A stretch of DNA of 64,000 nucleotides from Chlorokybus atmophyticus (Eukaryota > Plantae > Mesostigma and Chlorokybus algae): positions 289,538 through 353,537 of the forward strand of contig RHPI01000772.1 of the NCBI GenBank assembly GCA_009103225.1. The letters run 5' to 3'. The notes beneath the pieces are model-generated. The model was not told where the DNA came from. It did no database searches and saw nothing but the letters and a program-made list of their open reading frames with translations. A program made the position numbers and the translations under genes. Of the stretch, positions 34,100 to 55,800 are shown one piece after another; positions within the stretch are counted from its first letter, which is position 1, and each line of letters begins with the position of its first letter.

Positions 34100-34250
34100 C
34101 CGCCCGCTCGAACGGAAACTGCAATCCATCGGTTGCGCGTCTAATCATCAGCCATAGTTGGAGTGTGACACTTGCCGGAAGTATTGACATGAGGCTTGCA
34201 GTCTCGTGTAACAAGTGTTGTCGCCGACCCCAACATGGCGTCTTGCTCTG
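34100..34250 (+). pseudogene. Degenerate PHD finger at the integrase C-terminus
   Basis: IGCASNHQP*LECDTCRKY*HEAC...PTPTW fits the PHD pattern LxCDxCxxwwHxxC...W; the first Cys pair and the end are decayed. Confidence 0.6.
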
Positions 34251-37108
34251 TTAGCTCAAGATGGCACTAGCATAGATGCCAAGCTCATCACGAGAACGCC
34301 AATGACCAGGCAGGAAGGAGCTTGGTGAGTGATCACAGCCTCGTACCAAGCTTGAAGGACCACACAGTCCGATTTTCCCTTACCACTCTCTCTCCCTGCA
34401 CTTATCGCCCCATTACCACAAGTAACTCAGCCCTCAGGCTTCTTCACTTATCGCTCCTCAAGCTGTACCGCAGCACCACTCGCTCTGCGCATATATACAC
34501 CACACTGTATGTGTTTCCCTCGCGAGACATGCCCCGCGATTGAGTCTGACCTGCACGACAGCATGACATGCAATCTGCCTATGATGGTCTTAATGTTACT
34601 TTTTATTCATGTTTTATGTAGCCCGTTAAGTACCTTACTTATAAGACTACGGTTACAGATAGAAAGCTATAAACCACCCCTCACGAAGTAAGCGCTCTTT
34701 TACAATTAAACATCTGCCGCATATGCTCACGTGTGAACTACACCCCCCACCCCACCCCGGGACATACATGGTAACCTTGATGCTGTGCATTTGTGGGTGT
34801 TTTCAATTTGGCGGTGCCACGAGAATACTATGATGCCATCGCTGAAATGTCATAGTGCACCTCGCGTGATCCCTCAAGCGAAAGCACACAAAGTAGTGTA
34901 TATCTACATATCGAGGCACAACTTTCTTAGTAACATCATAATAGTTGTACGCGTATAACTATCTGATACCATTTGTTCCCCTTTGACCCCCTAGCCATTC
35001 AGACATAAGTTATGTTTTTAAGCCCTTCGGAGACCTTATTTTTCTATTACGCGTGACGCATTGTGCAGCAACCGATTCCTAGTGCGCATTATCATCATTT
35101 CGTGGTGCATTTTGCTTGCAAAGCAGCGCATAAGGTATGGAGGTAATTGCGCTAGCAGATTGCATGCGCTAATGAGGTCTATAGATCGACTGCCTTGATA
35201 GAGGCTGTGGCCTCACTGTCCCACGAGACAGATTAAACAATTTGCTACAGTGTACACATGATGATCTGTGCTGCAATCTCATGCTGTCACGGCAATACTT
35301 GCATTGCCCAAAGATGGGTGCGCCGCCAAGCACGCACAGACCCGCCTTGAATCTTTTCTACACTCTCATCCTGACCATCACCCACGCACACACGTTGCGA
35401 ACTCACCGCAAGTGATGAGCCCGGTGTGCGCACCCACATGCACTAACACATCAACATATCCACAGCGCCACGCAGCCACGTCCACACCCGCCGCCATCAG
35501 CGTCGCGTTCGCCTCAAGCGTTTGGGTCCTGATGGTTTTGACACTCAGCTCAGCATGACCACCACCGCTGCAGCACCGCGCTCCATCATCATTAATGTTT
35601 GCGTCTGCTGCAGCGCACATGCAACGCGCTACTTGGAGACCCGCAGTTGGCTGTCCACGCGCACGTGCGCCTCACACACAACCGTAACATGTGGTCGGAA
35701 TTTCTCCCTGAGCTAGCCATGCGTCTCCATCATTAGGACATAACTTCTGTCGGCCTGCGAGCAATCCTTAGTTATGTAATTGGTGATTGTGCGGTGTGTA
35801 TGTGTGATAGATTTGCCTGTAAAGTTGGTGTGGAGGAGAGCCACGGCGTCTGGAGGGCTTCATCCGCATATGCCGTCAGCGAGTGGCATGCGCCTTGCAG
35901 CGGGCACATGCGATGGCGATCTTGGAGCGTGGAGCGGCAGTACCGGGGAGGGGTCATGTGGCGCAAGGCCCTCCAACAACCGAGGCGGACGCAGCGCTCT
36001 CATAGCATCGTAAGGTGTGGGTGTGTGTCTAGGGTTGTGTGATGTGTGCGGTTAGGCATGGTGCAACAATGACAGCCAACACTGACATGTCAATCATAAT
36101 TGAGGTTTGTTAGAGTTGGTATGCTAACTGTGTACAAGATAAGTCAAGTGTAATCGTGCATGCAATTGTACACGCACTACCATGCGACATGAACACTATT
36201 AACTACCGCATTGCAACTACTACACACTTCGACCTGTCATCATCGGCCTAAAACCTACTGCACTACCACGTGTTGCACTGGTTGTGTGTCCACGAAAGCA
36301 CGTCATAAATCATGTACACAACTGCCACTAGCCCTTCCCCGCTGGGCATGCATGCACTTGTACACGTTTGTTAACCTGCCCACAAGGCTTGTGTGGTGCA
36401 GGGATCATAGTCTCTGTTGTGCTTGTAGCAGTACCACGTTACGATTGTTAAGTGCTTCTCAGCAACCGTATTGTTGTTGTGGAGCATATAAACTTGTGTC
36501 ACTTGGGTTATGCACCTCGAGTATGCCTTTGTTGTAAGCAACCATCAAAGAAGGTTTTGCTCAAGCATTGTCACTTGCCGCATAATCATGCAGAATGGTG
36601 AAACTGCGACATTCGAAATTCTTCTTGTATAAAGCATTGGGACTGCCCAATTTACAGTTCTAATCGCTCATCATGTGCAAAGTTTGCATTTCAAGGCCCT
36701 TAGTATCATGTCCTCACCACCAGTAGAGTATGATGTTTGCTTTGCTGCAGCGCATGGGGCCTACATGCATCTGCATCCGGCCCGCTTTCGGCTGGAGCTT
36801 GCTTCCCAAGCAGCTCTTATGCGAGTTATGCATGTGATCCGGAAGAAGACTCATAACTTGTACTGTGACTCACTTACAAACATAGCAACAGACAAGCCGC
36901 TTGCTCGTTCGACATTTGTGGGTTGCACTTGAACTGCAGATATTTCTTGCCAACTTACTACGGGGCTACGCACAATAGGTATAGATGCCTTAACTATGTC
37001 TAAACAGTGAGCACATGCATACGTTTCTACAGCACTGCTGCACTAGTGAATCGACCTTGCCAACATGTGAACTCAATTGGCAGCATGCGTACTAATATCA
37101 ATTGGATG

Positions 37109-45188
<8,080 letters not shown>

Positions 45189-46937
45189 TGCCCTGGCTGC
45201 CTGTCAGCCTCGCACCGGCCGCCTCACCACCAGCAGGCTGCAATGCGCAGCAAGCAACAACCAACACACTTCAACAAGCATCCAATCTGCCGGTAAACAA
45301 CTTCACAGCGCTGCAAGCAGGCTACACTCACTAACAGCCTAACCAGGCCAGGCCAAGCGAGGCCAGGGGCGCGCACCTATGACAGCCGGCGGCCAAGCAA
45401 GCAGGCGTCCCAGCTCCACTGCGCCATTTTAAGCGCCCATCCCGCCACACGCACGCTTTGTCGCCTGACTGTAACCCTGCCCCGGCCCCTAGCGCCGCCC
45501 CCGCCTCCCCCCGCCGCCCGACCACCGCAGCAACCAGGCCGTCGCCTGGTCAGCAGCTAATTCGGGCCGGAGCAATGAGACAGACCGCTGGTATCGCGCC
45601 TGGCCCGCCATACGCCTGCGAGATACCGCGGCAGTAACTTCGCCTGTCGCGCTATGCACGCAAAGACAGGGTGGGGCTGTTGCTTTTCTTGGCGCGAAAA
45701 CCTTCGGCATGCATTACGGACCGTAATGCAGGGTAGATCTGCGACTGTCGCATCTGGAAGCATGTTTCCTTCATAACTAACTTGACGTGCTTAATGGCAC
45801 TGCTTGTTGACCTCATGTGTCATCATGGATACTCGTATAGCCTGAAATTACTTAATTGATAAGTAACACTATTACACGCATACGCATATATCATGCAATT
45901 GATTGTATATGACCTATTGCACATATCAGTCAACGTCGGGATCAACAATAACGACGACATTTATTTTTGTATTACATGTAGAAATGTGAAGTACATATCC
46001 ATCTATGGCCTTGTAACATGAAATACTAATGTTAATGCAATTATATACGCACATATCATGTAAAATATTGCATGTGCCTTGATTGCACACGTGCAATGAC
46101 GCGCATTAGTTCAAATTCTATAATTTATTGTTGCATGGTGTAAATTGCATCCGTTTTAACCTCGTGAAAAATTACATCGTTGCAAGCACCATGCATGGTT
46201 CTTGCAACGATGTAACATGCACGATGTATACAGGTGACAAGTAGGTATATAGCTTGGTTGATTGACAATGTGCAGTGGTTGAAGCGTGTAAAATTTCACA
46301 CGAACTTTTCTTCGCCAAGTTGACAAAATGAAAAGGCTGTAGCTTGTTTACCTTGGTAGGCCGAAGGCGTTGCCAAGTTGCAACGGTGATGCGAGTCACG
46401 ACCAAAATTCTTTCGCAATTGACATTTTCTTCTTCAACTGGTGACTTGACAGAGGTCCCAGCATGGCGCCATGCAACCCCGACCCCGCTTAGCTTATTAG
46501 TGGCCCAAGCTTGGGTCTCTTACACGTGTAATACGGTAAGCTGAGCGCGCAAGCATTCTGAACGTGACAGCCACTGGCAGCTGAACGGCGGCAAGATCAC
46601 TTCTTCACCATCGGCTGCTTGAGGTTCAGTTAGACAGTCCTGCCTTACCGTCCGAGGCGAGCAGCCATGTGCTGCGACTTAGCTTCTCTGCAGCGGTGTT
46701 TCTCTGTGTGAGCTTGCAGCTTGCATGGGTGTGAACTGCTCCGCTTCGTCTGTTGGAACCTGCGGCCGGTGCAGCAACCACTTGAGCTGCCAGCTGGCCT
46801 GGCTCCGTCGAAACGTTGTTTTACAGTTGGCTGTCAGCGTTCATTGCGGTCGACTTTCAGCTGTTTACTACAAAACGGCTTGCCTCGCTTGTAGACCATG
46901 GTGTTCCGTTGCTGAGCAGCCACTCAAGCCGCTAGTG

Positions 46938-49900
46938 ATGGCCGTGGAAGTGCAGCACACAGCGGTTACTGCTAGCCAGGTGCAGAACATCCGGAAGGAA
47001 GCCGCCGAGCAAGTGCAGGTAATCTAAGCTGTCAAATTGGCTGATGCCAGCCGCGACGTTGGAGTGACATTATGTACCAGTCACACCATTGAACGTCCAC
47101 ACAATCGTTGCATGGTGACGAACTAGGACCACAAAGTTTCCTTGCGTTGTGAACATGCATGCCTCATGGCACTGAGTCAGCCAGTAAAATTTCTCCGCAT
47201 GCATTGCGTGTTGGATCTTGCCTGGACCAAGTGCTTGCCAACAGTGTTGTTTTTGGGAAGTAGCCAAGGCATAGTTTCTCTGCGCCGCTTCACTGGTGCC
47301 TGCAGCTGTCACTGACAGCTAGTGAGCAGCTGCCAAGGCGCAGCTGCAGAGTTTAGTCAATGCATGCTCAACCACCAGAAGAGACGGAACTTGTTGCTGA
47401 CAGGATGCATCCTCCAAGTTGGCAGAAGCCATGTCGCAGGAGTTCCAGCTGTAAGCATGCAAAGACCATGTTTTGCTAATCAGGCACAGTTTTAGTGGCT
47501 TGCGACCACCAACTTTACACCATGCCGCATTGCATTTATCAGTATGCAGGACTTGGTGTGGACAGCGCCACACAGGGACCCTTTCCCGACAGCATCCAAA
47601 GGGTAGGGCTTCAGAGTCTCTCACTGAACGGTGTCGTGCTCGCAACCGGCCGCGTTTGCAGTAGATGCTCTGCCATGCCCTTTCTCTGGTGATGCATACA
47701 CTGCATCGTCAGAGAGGTAACCGCCTACTTCGTCTCCCAGGATCATGGCACATGTGGAGGCAACGACAAAGAGGCTGCATGAAATGTCACAGGCGGCTGA
47801 TCGCACAGGTACTCAATGGATTGCCCACATGTTCTTGAGGTACCATGCTGCATTGTCTGGAAACAACGAACCGCAGACGGGCTCAGTGAGAGACTGTGCT
47901 TGACAGGTGACTACGTCGCCCTGCTCCAGACCTGCATGTCTATCCAGGAGCTGTGCACTGTTGTGCTGCCTTTGCTGTACAAAATGCGCAGCGATTTAGC
48001 AACTAAGCTGCGCCTGCACTTCAGCCAGCAAGGTCTGTGCCATTGTCGGGCATGATTGATTTTATCCTCTGCACAGCATCCCACCACGCTGACTGACTGT
48101 TTGACGAATGCAGCAACTGCTGAACGCATGGAGCAACGCATGGATGCTGCATTGACCACCAGCCTCGTCAAACTCTGGTACCTACGCAGCACCAGCAATG
48201 TTGCGGTGTCACGAACTGTTGGCACCATACGATGTTTAAGACATAGTCTAGCCTTGACATACCAAGCAGTTTACCAATCAATATTCACTTGCCCAAAACG
48301 CACCCAAGAAAGTTTATGCACTGCGTTGATCTGCAGGCACTCTCCTGGTGCGGCACAAGCCATGAATACCTTACAAGCACTTCAGCGCATTGCAGATGAA
48401 GTTCTGCAAGCCCATGCGGCCGGGTGCGAGCTGGAGATGGACAGCAGCGTGCGTCCCCTGTTGCCAGGCAGCAGTGCTTCCGCTGGCCTCTCATCATCGT
48501 CTGCACGTACAGCGTCGGCAGAATGGGAAGCACCACCGCCGGTGGAGATGAAGCTACTGCTAACTCAGCAGAGCCGCACTGTTGCACGCACCGCCAAGGT
48601 TCATCCTGAGGACTTCAGCCCGGCGCAGAGGTTTGTTGCTTAAAGCCTTGCATTTTATGCGACTTCATCAATTAGTCATGCAACTCTGTGTACGATAACT
48701 CATTGAATCTGCTTCACTGCAAAGTTTGTCCACCAATGCGGAGACGGCGAGTGATGGGGATCTGCATGCTCCTGAGCCATCTGGGACACCATGCCAGGGT
48801 GGCAAAGGTACAGTATGCAACATCACAAACACTCAATAGTACGTTCACCAGGTACGTGACATCGACTGGTATTTGCCTTCTTAGTGTCGATGCCTGGATG
48901 CAGTTGCTTCACCCTGCGCCAGTCTCTCAAGTATGGAGTCCCGGGAGTCCCCATTCATGCACGCCATCGTCCAATGCACACAAGCCATGCTTGCAATTAC
49001 AGGTGAGCAGCTCTAGTGGTTTCCTATTCCCACCGCTTTCTGGATTCTATTCTTTCAAGTACATAAGCATTCCATTGCACCATTCTAGTTGCAAGTGCTG
49101 AAGATGCTGCATCATGTGTTCTGGTCAAGAACACGTGGCTAGAGTGTTCTGTGAGAGACATTGCGTGTCTGTTAGTACCAAACGCACATATGAGCGTGCA
49201 TGCTGCCGCGATGTTCACGTATGCCTTTGATATTGCTAAGCAGGTGTGGACAGTACGCGCAAAGCTCATACGCCACAAGACGCATTTGGGTTTCTGTCAA
49301 GCGAACCGGCCTGCCTACATGTACCCGCTGCTTGTCACAGGGAACTGTTTGCCACGAAATCTGAGAACTTGGCTGAAAGCCCGTCAGCAGAACGCTCTGT
49401 CTTGCTGCGCACGCAGACGGTGTTTGGCTCTCAGCCAGTATCCACTGCCGCCCTTGCACCTATTGCACCACTACAGAAACAGGTCGCTCAAGACTCCTGC
49501 TCGCAGTCACATGGTGGCGGCGCTACAGAGTCAACACCTTCATATCAAGCTGGCCATGGGAGCACACCTGCGCCCTTGTCACCGCCAAGGGAGACCACCA
49601 CCGCTGCATGCGCTGACCTGGTCGGCGGTGGTGGCACAGCAGACCCAACAGCTGTACCCTCTGCGCCAATCGCAGTTCAGCCCGAGCCTCACAACATGAT
49701 TGTCCCGGTGCCAACCCCAAGCCTACAGCACTGCAACGACGATGCGCCCTCATGCGCTGTGCCAGAAGTCTCGGCACAGCAGATGTCAGGAAGCCGCGTG
49801 GCACTTGCAGAGCTATGTGTGGCTGAGTCGCCGTCTTCTGAGCAAATCCAGCTGCTCAGCCCTGTCTGCTCACAGCACACCACTACAACCTCAGTCCGAC

Positions 49901-52025
49901 GCTGCCTCAGCCTGCAGCGCCGACATCATGCGCCATCGCACATGGCATGCAGAGAACACATCACCATGATGGCAGCCGACGAGGCAAGTGAAAAGCTGTG
50001 TCCAATGGCAGCAGAACACCTCGGAGGTGATGGCGGGACTGTTCCTGTTGAAGCTCGTTTGAGTACAGCAGCGCCCGCGCAAGAGGACGTTGTAGGACGG
50101 CCTGCTGCATGCGATCCTTCACTGCCAGGCACCGATGCGGCACTTGGATCAACGGTCACTGGAACACAGCAATTGCCGGGCCAGCACAGGGAGAGCGCTG
50201 AACGGGAGGCTCCTGCAAACAGCAATGGTGGGAACCTCAGCGTTCAGGACAAGGGTCCGACTGGCCAGGGCCTCCAAGGCGCTGCACCGTCTTCTGGTAT
50301 GGACTAGCTCGAATTCGGCCTGATATGGTGTCGCATTTGTTGGTATTACTGTTTATGCGGTGTCAATTTGACCAAGTCAGCCACGGCACGCCTGCTGGTT
50401 GTGTCGTGCAGGCACACGTGGCGAGAGTGCAAGTCTCTTTGCCAAGCAGCATGACCGCGCCCAAGTCAAGGTTGAAGAAGTGGAGTTGGTTGACATGCGT
50501 CAACCAACACTATATGCCCCTTACACAGCCACCCCAAGCTGTGCCAGACCCTTTACCAAAGCGCCTCCTCCAATCGCAACCAGCGCTGCACAGTCTCTGA
50601 GGAGAGACGGCTTTGAACAGTTTAACGCAAAGTGTAGTAGCCAGATAGTCCCTGTGGAGATAGAGCTCACAGAGTTGCACCACAGCGCAAAGCCCGGTCA
50701 AGATTCTCGTGAGTGCTTGTCATTGCATCCGCGCACCTTGGCAGCATGCTTGCTGAAAGCAGTCCACTGACTGTACCAATGTGCTTTGTTGCAGACCCCA
50801 CGGCAACTCTAACACACGAGACGCTGCGTACAAGAGTGGTTGAGTCCACAGAACGGGCGTCGACATCAACGCAAGAGCGCACCGAGGAGGTCGAGATGGC
50901 AGTCATTCAGCCCTCTTGGCGGTGCGTTACTTCGCAGGTGGAAGTGGAGTTGGCAGTCCGAAACAGACTCTGCTTGCATCCGGAGCCACACTGGCTGGTG
51001 ACCTTCAGCATCAGCAACTTGACCTCAAGGCCTGTTCAAGTCGATGGCCTTACTGTCAAGCTGGAGGTACTTATTGTTGGGTTCACATACACCTCGCTAC
51101 GTACTTGGCCCCTGTGTATGCAGTGTGCATGCAAGATGTTCATTCTTGATTGCGAGTGAGTAGTGACATCTAAACGTTGGAAGTTAGTCAAGTACATGCA
51201 ATGCTAGTGTGCATTTGCTGCTTGTGGTTGCGTGTAACAGTGTATCGCTCTTTGCAGACTGAAGGAGAACCGAAAGTTGTGCAGTGGGGGCCAGGCCAGA
51301 TGGTTCTCATGGGCGATGCTCCCTCCTTTGTGTGCTACGCCATCAAGGCACCTTCTACAACGCGTGGCCCACCTCAACCGTGCTATCAATGGCACTATCA
51401 GTATGTTATTGTGCTTTTCCGCTGACTGTGGTGGCAACTGCCATTGTGGTCATGTTTCAATGTACTCGCTGGCATCTGCAGGCAATTGAATGCTTCCGTT
51501 AACCATCTTGCTCTAGAACCACCGTCCCCAACTCACACAACGCAACAGGTGCACCCGATGCAGCTAACATATGCGCTTCATTGTTGGTTCGTACGTGCGT
51601 ACCGCAAGTTCTATTGGACGTTTCACATGAATCAAAAGTGTCATTGCATGATGTGGTGCTACTGATGGTGAAGCTCAACAATTGCTGAACTGCCAAGATG
51701 CATGTGCAGATGCAGGCTGACTGCTGTGCACGGCATGTGTGTATGGCAACAGGAACAACAGTTGCCACAGCAGAACGAGGCTGACAACACTTCGCATGCC
51801 ATCTCTTCGCCACGCAGCTCGGGATCATCAGGGAAGCGGCGCCGTACAGAAAGCTTTTCCAATGGCAAGCACCTTCAAAGTGACGACTTACCAGTCCCTG
51901 CAAACAGCACAGAAGGAAACGTCCATGTACTAAACGTCCAAGCCGGCAGCCACACCCACACCAGGTCCTGGTCCACATACCTCAGCGGCCTGCTTGCACG
52001 CACATCCAAGAAGACCCGACAGTAG
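46938..52025 (+). CDS. Hypothetical multi-exon protein with helical N-terminus, S/T/P/A-rich middle and ApaG-like domain
   Basis: Spliceable exons ~47900-48030, 48078-48177, 48337-48630, a long exon ~49250-50300, ~50800-51066, 51258-51400, 51481-51550 and a last exon ending KKTRQ* at 52025. Start codon uncertain. Confidence 0.65.
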
Positions 52026-52861
52026 AGTCTACAAACATAGGTCTGTCATCAGGCCGCATGATGTCGCTGGGAATATGGGTGAATAGCAAGGCCATGTGCA
52101 CACTGCTGCGAGATTGTACTACGCTTTTTTAACGATTCTGTGATAGCAGCACTGACCAACTGCTGGTGCCTTCAACACAAACCGCACTGTAGCAAGCTAG
52201 TCAATTGCTGCAGCGTGCAACTCTACCCAACATCATCGAGCTGCCATTCTAAACACTCAGTCCTCAGGTATTGTCTTGTTTTCCAGTCTCGTGAACAACC
52301 TGCCAGAAACCATTATGAATGTACTGTGAAGATGTGCGTTTGTCATGAAAGCTGTGCATGCCTGCGCTGAGTGTTGGCAAGTCGTGCCCACAGCTTGCAC
52401 ACTGGTCAAGCGGACATTGCCACAACTGTACATGGGTCAAGCTCTCATGACCACGGAAAGAGAAAAGCAATTAAGCTTGGACAAGGACGACACTACAGGC
52501 CATGCACATTGAACAAGAAGTGCAATGCCACCATTTGGTATAGAAGTCCACATGACTGCCCAGGGCACAGAGTTAGCAGCCTGCAGCCTGCAGCACATAT
52601 CAGGTCCAATGGCAGTATGCAGTGTTTATTGTTGCTTGCAATGTACTATAGATGCATGGGACATTGCTGCCACCTTCAGATAACTGTACACAGGCAAATT
52701 GAAAGGTATAATCTGATTTTTGGGGTTGTATGCACATAGGTGTGTCACTACAGTATCCACAGCATCCATGCCCCTGCCGTGTGTAAACCCGTATATGTGT
52801 TTACCTGCCTTAAATGCACGTATCAACCCAATTGATCTGCTGCTCCTGGCAAAACGCAACA

Positions 52862-55800
52862 TCAACTTGTATCCGCAGTGCGGCTGGCAACATCATCGCC
52901 GCCATTGTCATCAGCCGCATCGCTATCTGACCCCTCTACCAGCTCCCCTCGCATTGCGGCCTTCCTCATGGTCCACGCGGGAAAACTCGGGTAGCGCCGG
53001 TTGAATGCAGCGGCGGACATCTGCACAATGGTGTAGGGCCCTATGCGCTTCGCCGTGGGGCGGCCGGCCACTCTGTAGATTGCGTTGATAAACTCGATAC
53101 GATCAAACACGGCGTGGCTGCACGGTAGCATCCTCCCCAGCGTCACGGGGGCCCACTGCTGCCTCTGCTCCGTTGTTGTGAGCTCCAACAGCCTCTGGAC
53201 CTTCTGCGCTAGATTGTCATCTGCATGCCAGAAAGTGTTACTCAACCCGGTGCTACACTTGCACAGATCCTTCAACAACTGGTCCCTCCGCACACCCATA
53301 CTACACATACAATCATCTGACATGCGAGTATATAGCAGCAAGCTGCTTTGACGCGTACCAACGGAGGTTTGCAGAAGGGTGGGTTGGGCTTCTAGTAGCT
53401 GATCTACCTGATGGCACCAGCAGCACAGTGAGTGAAACAAATAATAAAACAAGCACATTCTGGATCTAACCCAAGGAACCAAGGGTAGTGGTCGTACCAT
53501 ATCTGGGGCACACAATTTGGCCTCCTCGAGCATCTTGCGCAATCGTGCCACTTTGGGCTTGATGTTGCCCTCAACATCGAGCGAAAGCATGGTGGGGCTG
53601 CGCTCGACCATGCGCTGGATGTTGGCATTGGGCAGCACCTCCATCAGCTGCTGCAGCCGCGGCTGGATGGAGCCCAGGATGTCCGAAGAGAGCAGCGGCG
53701 GATGCTTCTCCACCATGCGTGTCACGTTGGCATTGGGAAGCAGCCACTCCAGCAGCTTGAACTTCTTTGCCACCTGTTACTACCACATACCAACATGAAA
53801 CCACAAAACAACGGCCATGCATGCGCGCGCACACACGCAGGAAAGGACACACTTAACACTATCAAATGCGGTGTTTTACCATGAGTCAAGCATGCAACAA
53901 GCACCAACACACGTACCGTAGTAGGGTCTTGCGTGAGCAGCGTCGGTTGTCGCTCAACCATCCTCACAATGTTTGCATTAGGGATCAGCTTCTGGAGCGC
54001 AATAATCTGCGGTAGGGAGGAGAGGTAAGCAGAGCAAAACCCCTGTGTTATACCAAGATAGTTCAACAAAAAACAAGCAACCTTTGGCACAATGGTTGCG
54101 GGAATATCTGATGCGAGCACGTCCGGATACTTTACGGACATTTGGATCACATTGGCTTCAGGAAGAGCCTCCTGCAGAGCCTTCAATCTCCTGCAAAGGA
54201 CGATTAATCAGCACAACGATGCCACATGCATACAGAATGCATACTGCTGACAATCAACATATCGTACTTTGCAAGCTGGGCCCTGTTCCGGTAAAGGCCC
54301 CTGATTCGTGTGTGGCTGATTAGTCGCGCGCGCTGAGCTGCGTTGAGAGCGCCCTGACTCCTCCAAAACTTGTCCAACCGTGCCTGAACCCCACATGTTT
54401 CCAGTTGCACGAGACCATGTGTCAAGGATTAGAGCAAGATTGACTCTTGAACAATTGATTGTTGATACAACTTTAAACAGAAATAATAGTGTTGCCTTTT
54501 TCTAGTTTCTTGCGTCAAGCCAGGATCTGCCCCAAGTCAGTTCCATCCAGCAAGAACGATGTAGCTCATGTGCTGTGCATGTAGATAACATGGACAATGA
54601 ATGCTAATTCTGGTAGCTTATTGCAAGCAATTCTAGTTTCTTGCGTGCATTGAAAGTATATTGTGGCAACAGATAATGACGACATCACACCAGTAGTAGT
54701 GACAATGATGCAGTGTGCATTGTTGCACCCACCACTTCTTCCTCAGGGATCTCGCTGTCGGGTGGGTTACGTCGCCAGCGCTTCCTGTTGTTGTTGTAAA
54801 CGGCATTCTCCTCGGCCTCCTCATCTAGAGTAAACAGCGGCGGCTGCACAACCACAGCGAGATCCGTGTCTAGGAGTGTTTCATATACAACATGATCAAT
54901 GTAGCATCATTCATACATGAGATTGCCGGCATAACGAGACATAGACAGAACAACAAACCCAGTGGTCAAACTACAGCAACATTCATATGCGTGCTGATAC
55001 AGCTTGACAACAGAATTGTAGTAAGTGCTAAAGCCCAATTATGTACACATATACGCGCACACACACACATGCACACGCACAAGTTCGCGAAGCATGCGTA
55101 CACCGCTTTGCCATACCCTTACCAACACTTGTCCTCTCAAGCGCCTTGATGTTGTTGGGTCTGTCGTCGTTGTCGTACTTGGTCCCAAGGACGCCCGCTC
55201 CGCTGCGTCCTCCAGCACAACCGCGCTCTCGTCCCTTTCCTTCATGAAACGCCATGCGGCCGGGCCCAGGTCGGCGCCGTTGTACCGAGCTTCTGTAGCA
55301 GGGACTGCACTCTGCTGCACAAGTGTGTAAGTGTACCTGCGCGCAAGTGCATACCCACACACAGGCATGCACGCGCACATAGCATGTTTACTTGTAACAA
55401 CTCGTTGAAGCCCAGATGCCAAGCAATGGAGGTAATCGATATGCACATTTGGACATACCCATAAGATTAAGCTATGACGCTGCAGAACTGTTGCAGCCAA
55501 CCATGTCCAACGACAGAGTTGCAAAAAATCGTGTGTTGGACGCGGGTTTACCTTCATGATGCTATTGCTATTTCCATGACACATACACGATTGTAGTCCA
55601 AAACATGCACAACTTACGCTGATACATGACAAGAGAAGCAGGTCAAAGTTTCGAAGCTACAGAGGTTCAAAGTGCACAATGACATGTACCATATCAACCT
55701 CTCATGCACTGAGTGTAACACCGACATGGACAGCTGCCCATAAGCGGGTGCAAAAGCATTGGGCAGTCCTTTCACACGCATACCTACACTTATGGCTGAT

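Larger units (their letters stand above)
29384..34330 (+). mobile_element. Degenerate Ty3/gypsy element B pol: DNMT-RT-RNaseH-integrase-PHD
   Basis: RT HEFTIDL, RRMCGD, LDMRYEFHQI, YIDD (31869-31880), YLGH, LANYYRRF. RNaseH LHTDYS.LGLGAVLCQ, IDHQPLQWL, ADGLSR. Integrase YWWDGL..C..C, MDLAGELP, IEHFSKW, PQADG-like motif. Upstream part and LTRs not defined. Confidence 0.88.

Noticed and set aside
35268-36050. Several 60-100-aa ORFs between the TE cluster and KCBP
   Set aside because: No recognisable motifs and no consistent splice model; a gene cannot be supported from sequence alone.
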